Shown here piece after piece: positions 38,131 through 50,802 of a stretch of DNA of 64,000 bases. The stretch comes from Patellaria atrata CBS 101060 (taxonomy: Eukaryota): contig MU006089.1 in the NCBI GenBank assembly GCA_010093705.1, forward strand, positions 1,242,455-1,306,454, read 5' to 3'. The number at the start of each line of letters is the position of its first letter. The first letter of the stretch is position 1. Made by a program: the position numbers and the translations under genes. The notes beneath the pieces are model-generated. The model ran no database searches, was not told where the DNA came from, and worked only from the letters and a program-made list of their open reading frames with translations.

Positions 38131-38481
38131 TAAGGCAACTCAAATCTCTACTGCTAGATGGCTGATGCACGCAGGAGATGCAGATAGAATGGAAGTGTAG
38201 AGTCTACAGAATACAACAGGATGTATGGCATAAAACTGGGAATAAAAAACAGATGGTAAAGAGGAAGAAGGGATGGTTTTTCAACAATTTCCTTTGTATA
38301 GAGTTTAAACTTCCTGACTTTCCTTTGCAAATAAAATATCAGTGGGTTAAGCCACTAGAGACTTTACTAAGCATATGAGGGCCCTGAAAAGGGATTTATG
38401 TGTATATGGAGTTGCGCCATAGCTTGAAGGCTGCATGCGCAGTATTGTAGGTAATACAATACAATGGAATTAAAAAAAAAA
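38131..38481 (+). mobile_element. Heavily 5'-truncated LINE copy (ORF2 C-terminus, 3' UTR, poly(A))
   Basis: ATQISTARWLMH matches NTQISTAKWLLH of the 26-27 kb element. The last ~90 nt (gggatttatg...gctgcatgcgcagtattgtag.taat.caatacaatgga) match that element's 3' end. A-tail at 38472-38481. Confidence 0.82.
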
Positions 38482-40351
38482 CGTGTCGTTCTCTCGTAGG
38501 ATTGAAATATTTCACCGCCTTAATTTTGTCGACGTACGCTCATGTGCGATAGGTATACAGTTGGAACTACAGTAAAGTCAGTTTCTGCCGCTTATATGTC
38601 ATCATACTCAAGGTCTACTTAGGATACAGAGGGAAACATGAATAACTGAGCTATCAATAGCAGAATAAGTTACAGTGTTCTACTCCGTCAAATTGTTAGC
38701 TTAACTGCAGCTCATCTCCGTACGATTTGACCATACAATCATTTCTTAGAACTAGGCCGGGGTATATTGTAAAGAGTGACCTTAATACTCTTCCAAAAGT
38801 ACCTGTAAGAGCATTTAGAAAGTTTTATGTCTTGCCAATATGTTATCTATTTATGTCTTTAGCTCTGGAAACGCTTGGTGAGCTCTCGGTACGAGGATAG
38901 GTGAAAGTGCGACAAGGGGTACTTCATAACGCTCTCAACGGGTGCAAACAACTTCCAATTGCTGCGTTTGAGCTTTCAGTTCCATTCAACGAGATTTCAG
39001 CGAAAATACATGATGAAAGTTCACTTCACTTTAGTATGAACGGCTATAGTATCCTATACATACGAAGAGATTCCCCTCCGTAAGTGAATTCTCCAGCTAC
39101 AAACATCTCCATAGCAACAAATTACTGCTCCGGAAGAGGTGTTTATAACAGAGATCGATCTACTCCTGAATCACAATGAACTCCTCCGAACAATCATTAA
39201 GAAGGATTTATCCCCGGCCTTGAACAAGATCTGGGCCTGGATAGTCCCATCTAAAGGTATGTCCGTACGTAAAGCCGTGAGACCAAAAGCGAAGAAAACG
39301 TGGATATCGGGATGGAAGAGCTCGTACCGCACCCAGCAGTCGAGAAGTGTAGCCAAGTCACAGTCAGGAGCCATATGAAGGTGAAACCGTTGGGGGAGCC
39401 CGTCCCATAAGGAGACGTTGGAGATTATAAAGAGGCAGATTTATTTTGGAGGTTTTTTTTGAATATACAAAGAAATATTTTTTCGCTCTTAAGTGTTTAG
39501 ACGGCCGTGAGAACCTTTAAGCGTATAATGATTCGAAAACGCCAACGTAGAATGGAGTATGATGAATGAAACAGCACACGCCACATTGTAGCTTACCAGA
39601 GGTTAACTGTGCAGATGATCACACCCTCCATATACTGGTACAATGTACGTTTCTTTTAACTCTCGCTTGCCGGAATGTCTAATCTGTTTGTGCGGTTAGT
39701 TATCATAGTCTTAGGCCGGATTTGTATGGTTCCGGTACTGTCAACCATCTCTTAAACACGACCTTGATTCAGCCAAACGTCTGGCGAGATCCTCATACTT
39801 GGAACCCTTGATTGCCGCTAGTATTTTGTCGCTAACTCCTCCGGCTAAGTGTACAAAATGGAAGACTATGCACTTTAGCATTTATCTGATCTGCCCGATT
39901 GTATCGTCTAAGTCGGAGAAACTTGAAGATATGCCTAACAGGTAATCTACAAAATCAAACTGATTTCTGATTTAGTATTATTCAGTACAGAATAGTTTCG
40001 AGCAACGGTAGTAGTAAAGGATGACGGTTCAGTTTGAATATCTTACTTGATAGGCTGGGGTGAACAGCCCCTCATCTGCAGCTATTCCAGGCAACATAGG
40101 TAGTTATACAGTACCATGTCCATGTAGCTTGATGGGAGGCCGGATGAAGTCAAGCGCTTTTTCAGGAGACGGCAGCTATGTCCTAGGGGTTTTCACCGGA
40201 CGGGCTGGAAAGGTTAGGTAACTTCACGAATGTGCTTGAGGATGCCATCCATACTTTAAGGATCTTCCATCCTCAGGCTATTACACCGCTAGAGGCGGTC
40301 AACTCGACTGAAATTCTTGAATATCACGAGGCTCTTCGCCCGAAACCGAAC

Positions 40352-40931
40352 ATGCCTCCACAGCGGATTAACACAGCATCCTCATCTGGTACTGAAGGAA
40401 GGGAGTACTTGTTGAGGCGCGTGCAGCAGAGCTTCAAATTTCGGGCTGAAGCAGAACCTGAGGAAGACCCAAAACTGCAACAAGTGAGAATATCCGCCTA
40501 TAGGTTAGAGAGAAAATGGCCCCGCCTGAAAGAATTACTTGAAAAATGGTTTCAAGGCGTTGAATTTGAAGAGAAACTGGTAAGCATAATTCTATCGGAC
40601 TGCATCTTTCAGTTGGATAATCGCCCAACGTAATGCTGACAAGTTCTGGCGTTAAGTCTATCAAAAGAGACGAATACATCATCGAAATTGAAAAGCCTCT
40701 AACCCAGGTAAGGTCTTATTAGTTCTTTGGGCATCCAGTATTTCCTGACGCATATTTTGTTCCAAGGCACAGCTGGACGAGATCCAAAAGCTCCGGACAG
40801 AACCTGAGCCTGGTGGCCAGCAGACTGGTCCTATTGCTCCTCCGACTGAACTACCAGAACCTCCAGAAGAGGATGATTCCGACGATGATACGGTAGCTGG
40901 TGCTGCTAATGCGGCGCAGAACAGCACATGA
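40352..40931 (+). CDS. Small (~147 aa) hypothetical protein, first gene of the triad
   Basis: Exons 40352-40579, 40657-40707, 40767-40931, all in frame with GT-AG introns and CTGAC branch sites. Compact domain WPRLKELLEKWFQGVEFEEKLSIKRDEYIIEIEKPLTQAQLDEIQKLR plus an acidic tail. Confidence 0.72.
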
Positions 40932-41252
40932 GCTGGTGAAGTGTCTGATTTCATCTCATTTGTATTGAGGCGCAGGGTATGGATGGTGGTGGGAGTCGCC
41001 TAAGGGTCAAGGGGGTCATCGCGACCCGAACCATCACTGCCACTGGCAGCATACCCCTGGGAATTCCGTGAGGCTGACTCCGGAGCGATATGGAGGGCAG
41101 TGCAGCATTTAGATATATACTCACAGTGATGCTTACTGTAGCTTGGAGTTCAACATAGTCGTCCTCTGTTTACGGGAGTTTAGTTAAAATTATCGCGCTA
41201 TTTCATCGCTGAAAGGCTTGTTTTATCCACCTTGGCGTCACTAGTTCTAATA

Positions 41253-43221
41253 ATGGGGTCATTGCGGCTCTCGGATGCGTTCAAGGCCTCCTACAATGAC
41301 CTCGACTCTTACCCTTTGAATATTATATCTCAAGCGACATATCGTGGATTTCTTCGTGCTTATACTGAGAGGCTTGCGGCTGCTTCATCCAAGTTATTTG
41401 CCAGTGACAATGGCAAGATCTACGTCCCGTTCCGCGATCTCTTGCCAGTGCATAAAGGTAAATAGCACCAAGATAATGGAAGGAAACTCTGCTAACCATC
41501 ACAGGATTCGAAAGACTCGAAGCTACAGACGACCAGTCACTGAAAAGCCGTCTTGGTGATCAATCGATGACCGATGTCACAACAGGACATACTACCGGAG
41601 CGATCGCAACGAAATGCGATCCCAGATGTCGGTTCATGCATGTCTCTCGACAATTCCCTCATCATAACTCTTTCAAATTGCGCATGTTCCGTTGCTAATT
41701 TGCCAATTACTGTAAATAGATTCTTGCAGGCCGACAATGCTCGAGAACCCCTCAACCTCACGAAGCGGATGTTCGTGAGGATTATGAGCTATCATCAAGT
41801 CATGCCACAGTATTTGGACTTGGTTGCGTTATTTGGTTCCCGTATAAGGGACCGTGACCGACGGTTCAGTAGTTTCCGCGACTATACAACTCTACAAAAT
41901 GCGCCCAAAGGAACCTCGATGCAGGATTTAGCCCGTAGCGGGAGGCAATTCCAGCTATGCTACAATTTGAAGGCAATCAATTGCATTTCAGATGAGAATA
42001 CCAGCCCGGAACTCAAACAATGGTCTGTTCGGCAAGGGGCATTTCTGCATCAATTTGATGTTGAGCTAGGAACTACACTATGGATCGTCACAAAAGGCAA
42101 ACCCGATCCTCGAGAGGGCAGACAAGACATCAAGGAACAAATCGAAGAACTCACAGGGCCAAAAGGAAGGAAGCAGGATAGATCATTCAAGTCTGCGGCC
42201 CAATCATTCAGGTCCAGTCTATCGGTCCATTTACTGTTCTGTTACTGGGCGATGCTTGACTGGCGTTGGTATATTCAATGTCTTGAAGAAAAAGTGGAGA
42301 ATAAGGTGAGTGAACCAACCCGTATCCTCTGCGATAGCTGACGTGAATTTACTTTAGACCGATAGCATTGTGCAAGAACTTCGATCTAACAAGAATTCTC
42401 GTCAAACGTACGCTTCCGAAGATCTGATGACTATCCAAGGATTTGAAGACGACATCAACGAAGCCATTATGATTATGGAGTCAAATAATGATACTTTGAG
42501 CTCCCTGCAAGCATACTACGAGAAACTGCTGAAACACAAGCATTTCCCATCCGAGTTGCTGACCGAGTGCCTTGACGATGTTCAACTTTTCGCAACTCAG
42601 ATCTCTGGTATGATCCACGATGCAAAAATGCACATATCACGCGCACGCCTGCTCCTGAAGATCGCTGATGATCGTAAAACAATTGTAAGAATTCTACGGC
42701 AATGCACGACCTCCTTTCCTGAGTCTGACCATTTACAGCTTATACAACATCTTCAATCCCAGACTACTGAGAAAATGGAGTCCCTTAACCAGGGAATGTT
42801 TGGTATAGGAGTTCAGTCTCAGAAAGATACCGTTGCTATGCGCATTGTCACATTCGTAACTCTGATCTACCTCCCGGCAACCTTCGTCTCAGTGAGCGAT
42901 CCCAACAACCACTTAATTCGCATACTAACAGAAATTCAGACATTCTTCAGTACAGACGTCGTAAAGTACCAACCCCCCGATAACAGCCCAGTGGTGACCA
43001 ATGCGACCTTTTCGACGCCAGCGTTTCAAGGGTCTTATTCGAGCATAGCCCTAAACAGATGGCTGCAAGTCACCCTTCCGTTGACCATGATCACACTTAT
43101 GGCAGCTGTCCTTTGGTACAGAATAGACTCCGGGAAGAGACAGAAGATCTGGATACAGATCGCGAAAGGTGAGAATCGGGAGAATCTTTTACCACTCTAC
43201 ACTACTGTCAAGGAGAAGTGA
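41253..43221 (+). CDS. CorA-like membrane protein (fungal divergent type, lacks GMN motif)
   Basis: Introns 41458-41504, 41638-41719 (GC-AG), 42306-42357, 42685-42738, 42892-42939. N-terminal DPRCRFIFL...SYHQVMPQYLD...FG, a long helical stalk, and a C-terminal TM pair MRIVTFVTLIYLPATFVSTFFSTD...WLQVTLPLTMITL. Confidence 0.85.
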
Positions 43222-44130
43222 GCAGTCGGTGTTGCAGGTTTTTCTTCACTCAATCTCGCATTGGGAAACTTGAACATGGAAAAGCTATCCGAGCTATTTC
43301 ATCCGCCGATGGTTCTACGACGACCAAATCATTAGGTCTCTCCGCTCGCGTTCCGTGGCCCTCCCTAAGGTCTACACAACCGGTACTGTTGGTTTGTAAC
43401 TTCGTAACGCATTGGGAGCAGTTGCTATGGGACCCAGTATATGGAGCTAAAAACCTAAACCGACCCAAGTATCGCAGATTCCGAGCTTCGGTTGATGTTC
43501 AGGGGCTAGGGGGCCGTCAACGGAACTAATCGGTCTCCATATTCCTGTAGAAGCGATTTAGATCGGAGAGTGAGGTGAGTGGAATTTGTTAACGAGAGAT
43601 TTGCATCTTGTAATATATATGGTTGGAATGCGGAGCTCTTGGACTGTGATATAGTTGTAGTATAAATTGTCTCCTCCCCACCTCTGTGTCGCGCCCGTCT
43701 TCTCTCATGGATATCCAACAAGGCTACACTAAGCCTTGTTAGATACGTCTCGCGCTAAACTGGATATATACACCTTCGCCACCCCCATTGCAGATGATGG
43801 ATGGCCGCCCTTCCACAAGGCTGGACGGGAAGGGATGGAGCTGACCCACCACCTTGCACCATGTTCGGGGCGGATCGCCTCGAGAAGCGGTCGCCTGTTG
43901 TGCAAGTATAATAACTCTTGGACTCGCTGCCTTGTGAGGTTCTGCAATCTAAAATCGTTCTTGCAACTGTAATATGCGATCCTAATGTCTCTTTCTGTAT
44001 TATTACACCAAAGTTATCATTGACGGAGCATTATTATATACAACATCCTTCCTTTGCACTAGGCTCGCAAAGAGCCGCAGTGAGCTCCCTAGTTCTGCCT
44101 TATTAGTTTTACCCCGCAAGGCTCGTCGTC

Positions 44131-47100
44131 ATGGCGGCTCAACCTCAAGTTCAAGTCGCGCGTAATACCTCAGATGGCTCCATCATCGACGAACTAAGAC
44201 GCAAATTAGAAGAGCTCACATTAACCGGACATTGTGGACGACCGTTCATTCGTGTCGAGGAGCTTAGGAACTGGCTCTTGAGCGGGCCAACCCCAGATAT
44301 CGAGCAAAGCCGGGCTTCGAGATTGCTCTGGTTCGCATACAAAGCTCGAAACTTGACCAATCTTCCGAAAAACATACAGCAACTATGCAATCGTTCCAAA
44401 GGATGTCTGGTCCTGCTTTGCATTCTTACCCGGATGGGTCATCCACACCTGCTGGACGGATTCATCAGACGAGGCATCGTCGACGAGCAGCTACCCATGC
44501 GACTGACAGATCTTGAGACGGAAACCGAAACTATGCGCATCGAAAAAGGCGTAGAATTTGCCAAAACCTTCGACGAGCTCCAATGGCAATTCTTTCCTGT
44601 CAAATTCGACCTGAACATGGGCCTCGAGCTTCAGCAGAAACACGTGGTACCGGTTTGCAAAAGAATCATTATAACAGATAAGGGAGGAACTGCCGTGCTT
44701 TACCAACTTGAAGTCCTTGAAGAATTCGTCGCGGAGGACATGAGAAAGAAGCTTATAAATGCTAGATTCAAGGACAGAAATGATGGATTAGGATATGTAT
44801 GTCTCCTCACTCACGTCCATCGCAATTTTAGTTAATATTAGTGTAGCGATACGCTTTCGCATTGAAGTCTTTCAAGGAGGGTAATAGGGATGTTTGGTTG
44901 AACGAATGTGAATCCTTCTGGGGCTTGAGAGAGCACGATGGGATGGTTCGCTATCTAGGCAACTTCAGCCATAGAGAACCACGCCCGGAAGAAGACACGA
45001 CCGAAATGACATTCAATATACTACTTGAATACGGTGACTTCGATCTGGAAGATTATCTCTATGGAACTGCTCAACCAATCTTCCCTTGGGAGATTATAAA
45101 TTTTTGGAAGTCATTATTCGATGTTGCGGATGCGGTTGAGGGTATCCATAATCTCAAAATTCCAAACGGTTCTGGGGGATTTCGAAAATATAATGGGTGG
45201 GTCCTAAAATACATGATAAGGAAAATGTGACTGACTAGCCAAGGTGGCATGCCGATATCAAGCCCGACAATATCCTCAGTGTGCGCGGAACGTTCAAACT
45301 AGCTGACCCCGGATTTGCTAAATTCCAGAAGCATACCGGAAAAGAAGCAACAGAGATGATCTTAGGTGGCACACAAACATATGGTATGTATCATCTTATC
45401 AACGCATGGGCTCCGTTGACACCCTCTAGGCGCCCCCGAGCGAAATCCAGATAGGCGTGGTACCCTTTCAGAGGTGTCTCAAAAGATTGACACCTGGTCT
45501 CTAGGCTGTGTCTTCTCTGAAGTTGCTACTTGGGTCATTTTGGGGTGGCAGGGAGTCTTGCAATTCAGAAGGCTGAGGAAAAACGCAACCAAAGCTATCA
45601 TGGACTCCCGTAAACACGCATCCTTAAAACGGATCCATCGCCTCAAAGCTGGCGATTACTTCCATGATGGTAGGGATGTGCTCGAGATTGTAAAGAAATG
45701 GCACGAAACATTACGTCGACTCTTGCGGATGGGCACTACGGATCCCATCACCATCCAAGTTTTGGATCTCATTGATTCGAAAATGCTTGTTGGCCCTCCC
45801 GCTGAGAGGAAGCGGATAGAGGATATTTGCAAAGACCTTCGCGACATAGAGCGTACCACATCGGAGCCTCCATTAGAGCTTCCTGATGGTATTATGGAAG
45901 CTTTAGTTGAGATGGATGCAGCGGCACCGGCACACATTGCCTCGGAGAAGCGTCGAAGTGGGATTGGTGTTTTGCAACACCATCAAACTCATGGATCACT
46001 CACTATCGCTGAAGAACGAGAAGCTCGCAAGTCTAAGATGCTCGGGGAGCCAATGATGAAAACGGCCCATCGTTCAGAATACCGCAAAAGTGCAATTACC
46101 CGCCTTGCGCCAACTATCGAAGTAGAGGGAGGAGTACCGTTGTATGAAAGCCCTGTTGAGGATTTGGAGGGAGACGATGGTTTGAAGATATCGATGGATC
46201 CGTCGACACCGGCGAAAGCTGCACCCATGCGAAAGAAGGGTGGCCTTTCTCCACCACCACCATTACCACACTCGCCGCCAGAACTATCCCGCGAACAGTT
46301 CACTTCGGAGTCACAGTCGGAGCCACTGATAAGGACAGTAACAAGACGACCTAGGCCGGCAAGACGAAGGACGACTGTCTCCCAAGATGTTTTTCAAGCA
46401 CGCGAGGAAGTGGAAAAGCGTGAGAAAGGGAATGTCTTCAGAAAAACCCGAAAAGATCAGCTACTCTCCGGGCATTTCAAGCATCGAGATATTGTAAGTG
46501 CTCATACTGTTTTGCCACATATTATTTCTAATAAATCGCAGAAATTTCTCGTCGACAATGCAGAGTCCATGAAGAAGCATTGGTATGAGGCGAAATACTT
46601 ACTGGAGACGCTTTTGATGAAGGCCGCGGGCCAAGACGATGATGGCGCAGATATGAGCTTTACAGTAGGCAACTGTCAAGTAAAAGGCAAGAAAGACAAA
46701 AAGGAATTTATGAAGGCAATGAACGTCGCATCACCTACAGAAGGCCATAATACGGATATGAAGATGGCACTTGGCGAGATTTTCAACGACTACTTGAATC
46801 AGCTAAAGACCCACAAGAAATTTCCTCATCTTCCAATGAAGAACCTCACGTTGATCGTATTCACGGACGGTATCTGGGCTGGAATGCGCAACAAAGAAGA
46901 CGTCTTCCATAAAATAGTCGCCTTTGTTCGAGAAGTAGATGAGATTGGTGGTAAAATGAAAGAGAGGCCGGTGAGCATTGAGTTCATCCAATTCGGCGAC
47001 GATGCGGACGCGACACATCGGCTTCGTCGTTTAGATGATGATATGCCGTGGCATGGCGTACGGTAAGTTTTCCGTTCAAGTTACGTCGTACAATGTAGAT

Positions 47101-47441
47101 GCTCATGCTCTTCTAGGGATATCGCCGATACTGAGCATTCCAAGGGCGACATCATCAAAATGCTTCTTGGTAGCTTCGTTGAGGAATATGACATGCAGGA
47201 TGAAGCCGAGGAAGCTGTAATCAATAACCCTTTCGATGCAATACCACAGCTCAATCGTGCCTCAACGTTTGGGACGATACCAATGGTGCCTCACGGAGCT
47301 TTACAGATTCCAAGGACACCGGATCCGAACGGATCGCACATATCAATGACGGGGCAGATGTTGAATGGAGGCAGGCCGGAGTCTTCATACTACGCCTACG
47401 ATCCGGCTTCAAGTGATCTGGGGTCAAGGAGACTACGCTGA
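44131..47441 (+). CDS. Ser/Thr protein kinase fused to a C-terminal vWA domain
   Basis: Introns 44797-44846, 45197-45243, 45384-45429, 46494-46541, 47063-47116. Kinase motifs FALK, HADIKPDNIL, LADPG, GTQTYGAPE and DTWSLGCV. vWA motifs FLVDNAESM, TDM, LIVFTDG and IEFIQFGDD. Confidence 0.9.
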
Positions 47442-48795
47442 GAGCAGTATGATTCTCCAAATTTCAAATGTTACCTCCATTCCGAACAACTACGCCGCTA
47501 TCAGCTTGGAAGAGGACTTCTCCGCCACAGTCTGGTTACCACCTTCCGTCGACAATTTGTCGAAGGCGACTACCCTTAAGGTTATACAATACGTGTCACG
47601 GAATCTTAATGGAGATCTATCGGTCACGAAGAGACGTGCGCTTGGACTGAGGTCCTCTACACTCTCGCCTACGGTTGTACAAAGGTTTAGGCGTGCAAAC
47701 TCACTCCCATGACCCACATGCTATCTGATGCACGTCTCGGGGAGGTTTATCGTGACGAAAGTTTCGCTACATATCCTTCAACGAATGATAAATTTCTCCG
47801 GGGGCATGCTCGTTCCACTTGAACTGGAAGGGTTCTTGACAGTTCTGTACCGAATTCATCTTCACCCAAGGGCTAGTCAACCTGATGCGGATTGCATCCA
47901 GATATGACCGTAAAGTGATAAATACATCCCTGTTCGTATGATCCGATCTTAGGCCAGGATTCCATCCTCTTATTCCACCAGAGATGAGCTCTCCGCCCGT
48001 GGCAATTCTCGAAACTTCATCTAGTGGACGACCCCAAATTTGGAAGTCATCATGACGATTGTAAGGGATTTGCTGCGCGGCCCAAGTGGAGAATTACTGG
48101 GGAGGTTTTTGAAAAGAGATGGATCGACGTTTGAACGGTTTGAAATGTTTGTATTCAGAATTCCACGTGGATTATACCCCTGAAACCATTGGGTCATTTC
48201 GTAATCAATGTAAAGCACTTCGTACCAAGTAGTCGCCACTCCAGGTTCAGTAGTCAAGCGGATTATTAGCAGAATATTTGCAGCCTCGGTTATTTAGTTT
48301 TATTTTATTATATGTTCGATATGCTTATTAATTTGAAATTCGCTCACGTGACCGGATTTCCAAAAGTAGTAATACGACGAGAAGACAAGGGTTGGAAGCT
48401 CTATACTCCCTATACTCGGTACTTTACACTTCCGCATAGATAGTTATCCCTATTCTTGGTATATTGCTAGAACCATAGTACATTTCCAGCTTTTCAGTCC
48501 ATGCAGCAGGAGGTAGGAGTTACACACGAGTAATATAGTTCTATTCTCAAAAATCAAGCAGCAGAGAGCTCCCTGCACTCCCAACCACGGCATCGGCGAA
48601 CTCCATGTTAAATAATCCAGCGGGACCAGTGATATTGCACGTGTTATCAGGGCTGGGTAGATCTATCGCAGGTACAGGACATGGAGCCTTGGAGTTTACC
48701 CGCCCCCAAGCGCACTTAGCCTGATGCAGTAGGTGGTAACTGGCAAGCGTACATGTACATAACAACAGGAACCGTCTATCTGGGAGCTCCGAGGC

Positions 48796-48803
48796 TATAT
48801 AAA
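48796..48803 (+). promoter_or_regulatory. Putative TATA box of the 5'-nucleotidase gene
   Basis: TATATAAA about 60 bp upstream of ATG 48860. Confidence 0.45.
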
Positions 48804-48859
48804 CATCCGCATGCGCCTTGAATTCTACCTTTTCCTCCTGTTGACGACTGATTGATAAA

Positions 48860-50802
48860 ATGGGTTTTGTGCGATGCTGCGTGCTTGCCTTGTCCCTAGC
48901 CGCAACTTTTACGAAAGGTGTGAGCGCAGAGGATGTGCTATATAGCCGGAGATCGTCGCTGCAGAAGAGAGGTATCGATGCGGATGGGAATTACAATATC
49001 TGTATTACTCCTAATTCCTTGCGGAAAGAGTCTTGTGCAGTGTACAGGAACTGACAAGTGCAGCATTCTTCCATATCAACGACGTGCACGCACATCTGGA
49101 TGAGTTCAGTTCCTCAGGCACCGATTGCACGAGGCCGGAGCGCGGATGTTACGGTGGATACGCTCGTGTCAAATCCGTGATTGATGCGCAAAGGCCCCAG
49201 TATAACGACAGTCTGTTTCTCAACGCCGGCGATGAATTTCAGGGCACGTTGTTCTATACCTACTACGGCGGTGAGAAGATCGCTGAGACCCTCAACCAGC
49301 TGAACTTCTCCGCTATGACATTGGGAAACCATGAGTTCGATGATGGCGATGATGCACTGGGTGCTTTCTTGGAGAACCTTACGTTCCCAATTATTAGTGC
49401 AAACATCCAATCCACTCATCCAGTGCTCAACCGGACTATTAAGGCGTTCCACATCTTCGAGGAGTACGATCTAGCTGTCATCGGAGTAACGACCGAAGAG
49501 ACATCTAACATTGCAAATCCTGGTGAAGGCACGACCTTCAGTCCGGTGGTTGAAGCCGTGCAAAACACCATCGACTTCATCCATGAGACCACTAACATCT
49601 CCCGTATCGCAGCTCTCACTCATATTGGATACGAAGAGGATCAAGCTCTTGCTGAACAAACCAAGGGTCTCTACCTCATCATGGGTGGACACAGTCATAC
49701 CAATCTTGGCGACTCTGAAGACGCAGAAGGACCATATCCGACTATCGTGGAGAATGCAGACGGAGAGGAAGTCTTTATCGTGACTGCATGGCGATGGGGC
49801 CAGTATCTAGGCTACATTGATGTGACATATGACCCGGACGGCAAGATCCTAGCATACCACGGCGGACCCATCGAGTTGAATAACCAGACGGCTCAAGATC
49901 CAGACCTTCAGGCACAGATTGATGAGTGGCGTGTTCCGTTCGAGGAGTTCGCTGCCGAGGAGCTAGGCACATCGCTCTCGGTCCTCGACCAATCTACTTG
50001 CCAGGAACGAGAATGCACTCTCGGTAACTTCATGGCGGATGCTATGCTTCAGTATCGCTTGAATCTCACTAATGAGGTCGATTTTGCGCTAATCAACGCG
50101 GGAGGCATTCGTGCAGAGATTGACGAAGGTCCCATAACGCGTGGAGAAGTGTTGACCGCGTTCCCTTTTGGCAATGCGATTGTAGATCTGACCTTCTCCG
50201 GCGATGAAGTCTGGGATATCCTCGAAGGTATCATTTCAGGTGTGAACCTGAACAACGGCGAGGAAGTCACAAGTTTCTTCCAGGTTTCCCGCGGCATCGA
50301 AATCGAATACAACCCCGAGAACGGAAACGGTTCGAAACTGGTGAGCGTGAAGATTGGTAACGAGACACTAGATCGCGAAGAGGAATACACAATCGTGACA
50401 CTCGATTTCTTGGCTGGAGGTATGTTGCCCGCCAAATATGATTATGTCCCATCCCCAATCCTGGAAAGTCTCAATATCCTACTAACTCGCATACCAGGCG
50501 GTGACAATTTCTTCACCACCGAAACCGAGTTTGCTTCGTTAGGCACTCAGGACGAAGTCCTCGTTGATTATATCCGTTCCCAGACTCCCGTGAACGTGAC
50601 GCTAGAGGGTCGTATTCGCGTCGTCAATGGCTCTGCTGAAGACCCACCGAGCTCGACGTCCAGCCCAACAGGCACAGAGACAGGATCGCCGACCTCGACT
50701 GAGAGCGCTGGCGAGCCGACAGACACCGGTGCTGCAGGAACATTGGGGGTCTCGGTAGGAGTGGTGGCGGGTGCTGTTCTCGCGGCGTTGGCGGCGCTGT
50801 AG
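48860..50802 (+). CDS. Secreted, probably GPI-anchored 5'-nucleotidase/apyrase (calcineurin-like metallophosphoesterase)
   Basis: Signal peptide, introns ~49001-49063 and ~50420-50497. Motifs HINDVHAH, NAGDEFQG, LGNHEFD, GGHSH and INAGGIR. Ser/Thr-rich stalk and hydrophobic C-terminal tail. Confidence 0.95.
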
